Of a stretch of DNA of 64,000 bases, positions 61,854-64,000 are shown piece by piece (within the stretch, counting starts at the first letter, position 1; every line of letters starts with the position of its first letter). This DNA comes from Trueperaceae bacterium. GTDB lineage: Bacteria > Deinococcota > Deinococci > Deinococcales > Trueperaceae. Where the stretch lies: contig JAXHNB010000009.1 of NCBI GenBank assembly GCA_034520945.1, forward strand, positions 32,001-96,000, given 5' to 3'. Below the pieces are notes generated by a model. It ran no database searches and was not told the DNA's origin. It saw only the letters and a program-made list of their open reading frames with translations. Made by a program: the position numbers and the translations under genes.

Positions 61854-62870
61854 CTAACGCCAGGGCAATCCCGCGCGGCGCGCCCAGTACGCCTCCGGCG
61901 CTTCGATCAACGAATCGAGCGTCGCCCACACCCGTTCGTCCAGGACAAGCTCGAGAGCACGGAGGTTCGAGTGCAGCTGGTCCGGCGTCACGGCGCCGCT
62001 CAGGACGACGTCCGCCCACGGCTGGGCGAGCGCCGCGGCTAGGGCGAGCGCGTCGACCGGGACCTCGAGCCGTGTCGCCTCCGCCTGCAGGCGGGTCGTC
62101 ACCGCGGCATCGCGGGCCTCGTCGCTACGCGCCGCCAGCCGACCGTTGGCAAGCGCCTCCTTCACGATCACGCCCATGCCGGCGGCGTGCGCCTCGGCCA
62201 GCGCCGCGGCGGCCGATCGCTCGAGGACGTTCCAGGTCGACTGGACGGCGTCGAACACGCGGACGCCGTCCAGCTGCAGGTCGGTCGCCCGGGCGATGAC
62301 CTCGGCCTGGTCCGGACCGCTCGTGGACAGGCCCACGCGCACGCCCTTCTCCTTGAGGGCGGCCAGGGCCGCCAGCAGCGGGCGGTCCTCCAAGGCGCCG
62401 CTCGACAGGGTCAGGGAGTGCACCTGGTACAGGTCGAGGTGGTCGCCGAGGTGCTGCCGCGTCTCGGCCCACTGCGTCCGGAACCGTGGCAGCGAGAGCT
62501 CCTTGACCTCGTGCACGTCGGCGTCGATTTGCCAGTCCGCGGTGTAGGCGTAGCCCCACTTCGACCCCACCACCACCGCGGAAGGCGCGATCCCGTTCTT
62601 CGCGAGCCAACGACCCAGGAACGCCTCCGCCCGGCCGTACGACCGGGCCGCATCGAAGTAGCGCACCCCGGCCCTCCATGCCTCGTCCAACACCTGGTGC
62701 GCCCGCGCCTCCATCGCCGCCACGCTGCGCTCCCGGCCCAGGTCGGCGTCACGGCCGAGGTTGATGTAACCAGGGCGGCCCAGCGCCGCCAGGCCGAGGC
62801 CGAGCGGCGAGACGGCCGGGCCATTTGGGCCGAGGGTGCGCGGGCGGTCGGGTCGAGCGTGGGGCGTCAC
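61854..62870 (-). CDS. Aldo/keto reductase
   Basis: LGLGLAALGRPGYI, YFDAARSYG, SKWG, LDLYQVH, KEALANG. Confidence 0.92.
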   Translation of the reverse strand: MTPHARPDRPRTLGPNGPAVSPLGLGLAALGRPGYINLGRDADLGRERSVAAMEARAHQVLDEAWRAGVRYFDAARSYGRAEAFLGRWLAKNGIAPSAVVVGSKWGYAYTADWQIDADVHEVKELSLPRFRTQWAETRQHLGDHLDLYQVHSLTLSSGALEDRPLLAALAALKEKGVRVGLSTSGPDQAEVIARATDLQLDGVRVFDAVQSTWNVLERSAAAALAEAHAAGMGVIVKEALANGRLAARSDEARDAAVTTRLQAEATRLEVPVDALALAAALAQPWADVVLSGAVTPDQLHSNLRALELVLDERVWATLDSLIEAPEAYWARRAGLPWR

Positions 62871-62930
62871 GGGGTCAGCGTACCGGCTCCCGATGGGGTG
62901 CGCGGAGCGTCGCACGGATGCATTACGTCA

Positions 62931-62978
62931 TGGGCGGTACTGGATTCGAACCCGTCGCCCCTCGCGTACGAAGGGTGC
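62931..62978 (-). pseudogene. Degenerate tRNA 3' half (tRNA-Val-like relic)
   Basis: Minus strand reads ...GGTTCGAATCCAGTACCGCCCA (T loop and acceptor strand); T stem has a mismatch; no 5' half. Confidence 0.6.
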
Positions 62979-63039
62979 CGAGCCGTACCGTGTCGTCGCT
63001 CCGGTGCCGACATGTCCCCAGCACCAAGAAGGCGCACCC

Positions 63040-63057
63040 TTGTGAAACAAAGGACAA
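63040..63057. promoter_or_regulatory. Possible degenerate Rex operator
   Basis: TTGTGAA-ACAA-AGGACAA vs consensus TTGTGAA-N4-TTCACAA; AT-rich patch upstream of the pflB remnant. Confidence 0.45.
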
Positions 63058-63191
63058 TCGCCCGTGGGCCGGGCGCGCCGGCGTGCGTATCGTGTCGTTC
63101 AAGCGAGCGCGACCCCGGCCGTTGGTGCTCCCACCCACTCGCTCGGATGTCCGGAGCGCCGCCGTTCACGCCATGCACCGAGGTGCCGCGC

Positions 63192-63426
63192 ATGCCCACC
63201 CTCTCCCCCGACGTCCCCGTCACCGCTGCCACGTAGCCCGCCGCCTGGCGCAGCTTCACCTCCGGCCCGTGGACCGAGGGCATCGACGTGCGTGACTTCA
63301 TTCAGCGCAACTACGCCCTCTACGAGGGCAGTGCTTCCTTCCTGGCCCCCGCCACCGAGCGCACCCGGGAACTGTGGGCGCGCCTCGGCCTGATCTTCGA
63401 AGAGGACCGCCGCCGCGGCGTGCTGG
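63192..63426 (+). pseudogene. pflB: Pyruvate formate-lyase 5' remnant
   Basis: AWRSFTSGPWTEGIDVRDFIQRNYALYEGSASFLAPATERTRELW; in-frame TAG at 63234-63236; ends after RRGVL. Confidence 0.85.
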
Positions 63427-63807
63427 TTCATCCTCTTCTTCGCCGTCCAGTTGGTGGCCTTCCTCCTGTTGCTCCTGACATCGAACGCGCTCCTGTTCCA
63501 GGTCCTGCTCTTTACCGTGCTGACGATGTACGGCGGTGGGTTCGCGTCGCTCCCCGCCTTTATCGGCGACCCGTTCGGGACGAAGCACCTGGCCGCCATC
63601 CACGGCCTCCTGCTTACCGCCTGGTCGATGGCGGGCATCGTGGGACCGATGGTGGTCGCTAGCGTCCGGGACCGGGCCGGCAGCTACGAGCTGTCGTTCT
63701 ACCTCTTCGCGGGGCTGCTCCTACTGGCCCTCGCCACCTCCCTCGCCATGACCGCCGACCTACGGAGGGTCCGGCAACGGAACGCCCTGTCGTTCGCCGA
63801 GGCGTGA
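63427..63807 (+). pseudogene. 3' remnant of an OFA-family (oxalate/formate antiporter-like) MFS transporter
   Basis: MYGGGFASLPAFIGDPFGTKHLAAIHGLLLTAWSMAGIVGP; only the last ~4 TM remain. Confidence 0.8.
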
Positions 63808-64000
63808 GGGGCCTTACCCGCCCTCCCCCGTGCTCACGAGGTGACGGAAGTTTGCTGGTGGATAGACCGGCAGTTGCCCCGCCATCCCAAGTAGATGCCG
63901 ATCGCCAGAGACGATGACGGCCCGAGCGTGATCCGCGAGAGCGACGAGGTCGTCGTCGGGATCCTCCGCACGCAGCAACGGCGGTTGGACGGGATCACCC

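Noticed and set aside
62931..63005. Functional tRNA gene
   Set aside because: No matching 5' acceptor strand or D arm, and the T stem is mismatched
63895..64000. Possible gene start MPIARDDDGPSVIRES...
   Set aside because: Too short at the window edge, with no RBS or motif to support it

Overview
High-GC (~70%) bacterial chromosomal window. Gene content and style (tandem TolC pair, HemY-type oxidase, ComB, very acidic exported proteins) suggest Deinococcota, possibly Trueperaceae-like; this is inference and untested. The centrepiece is a complete 11-gene membrane-bound [NiFe] uptake hydrogenase operon (22.3-33.1 kb). Its small subunit looks Campylobacterota-type (group 1b-like) and has Asn at the second proximal-cluster Cys position (CTGN). 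The operon ends in an uncharacterised gene with a non-canonical BFD-like domain. Next to it is an ECF sigma/zinc anti-sigma pair divergent from a secreted triple-repeat His/Met protein, with an identical GCATCCG-N12-GCGCAT motif facing each way. Other content: an OmpR-type two-component system with PmrA/BqsR-like boxes between two very acidic exported proteins, a MacAB-type exporter with two TolC-like genes, fhs, a CopB-type ATPase with a CsoR-like operator, a membrane-anchored GH31 with sulfoquinovosidase signature residues, c-di-GMP enzymes, two TetR loci with visible operators, and an S8 lipoprotein. Several genes are decayed: a frameshifted kinase and comB, a deleted PIN toxin, a TetR with a nonsense codon, and a pflB/OFA-MFS deletion fusion next to a tRNA-Val relic. 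No CRISPR array, rRNA, intact tRNA, integrase or transposase was seen.
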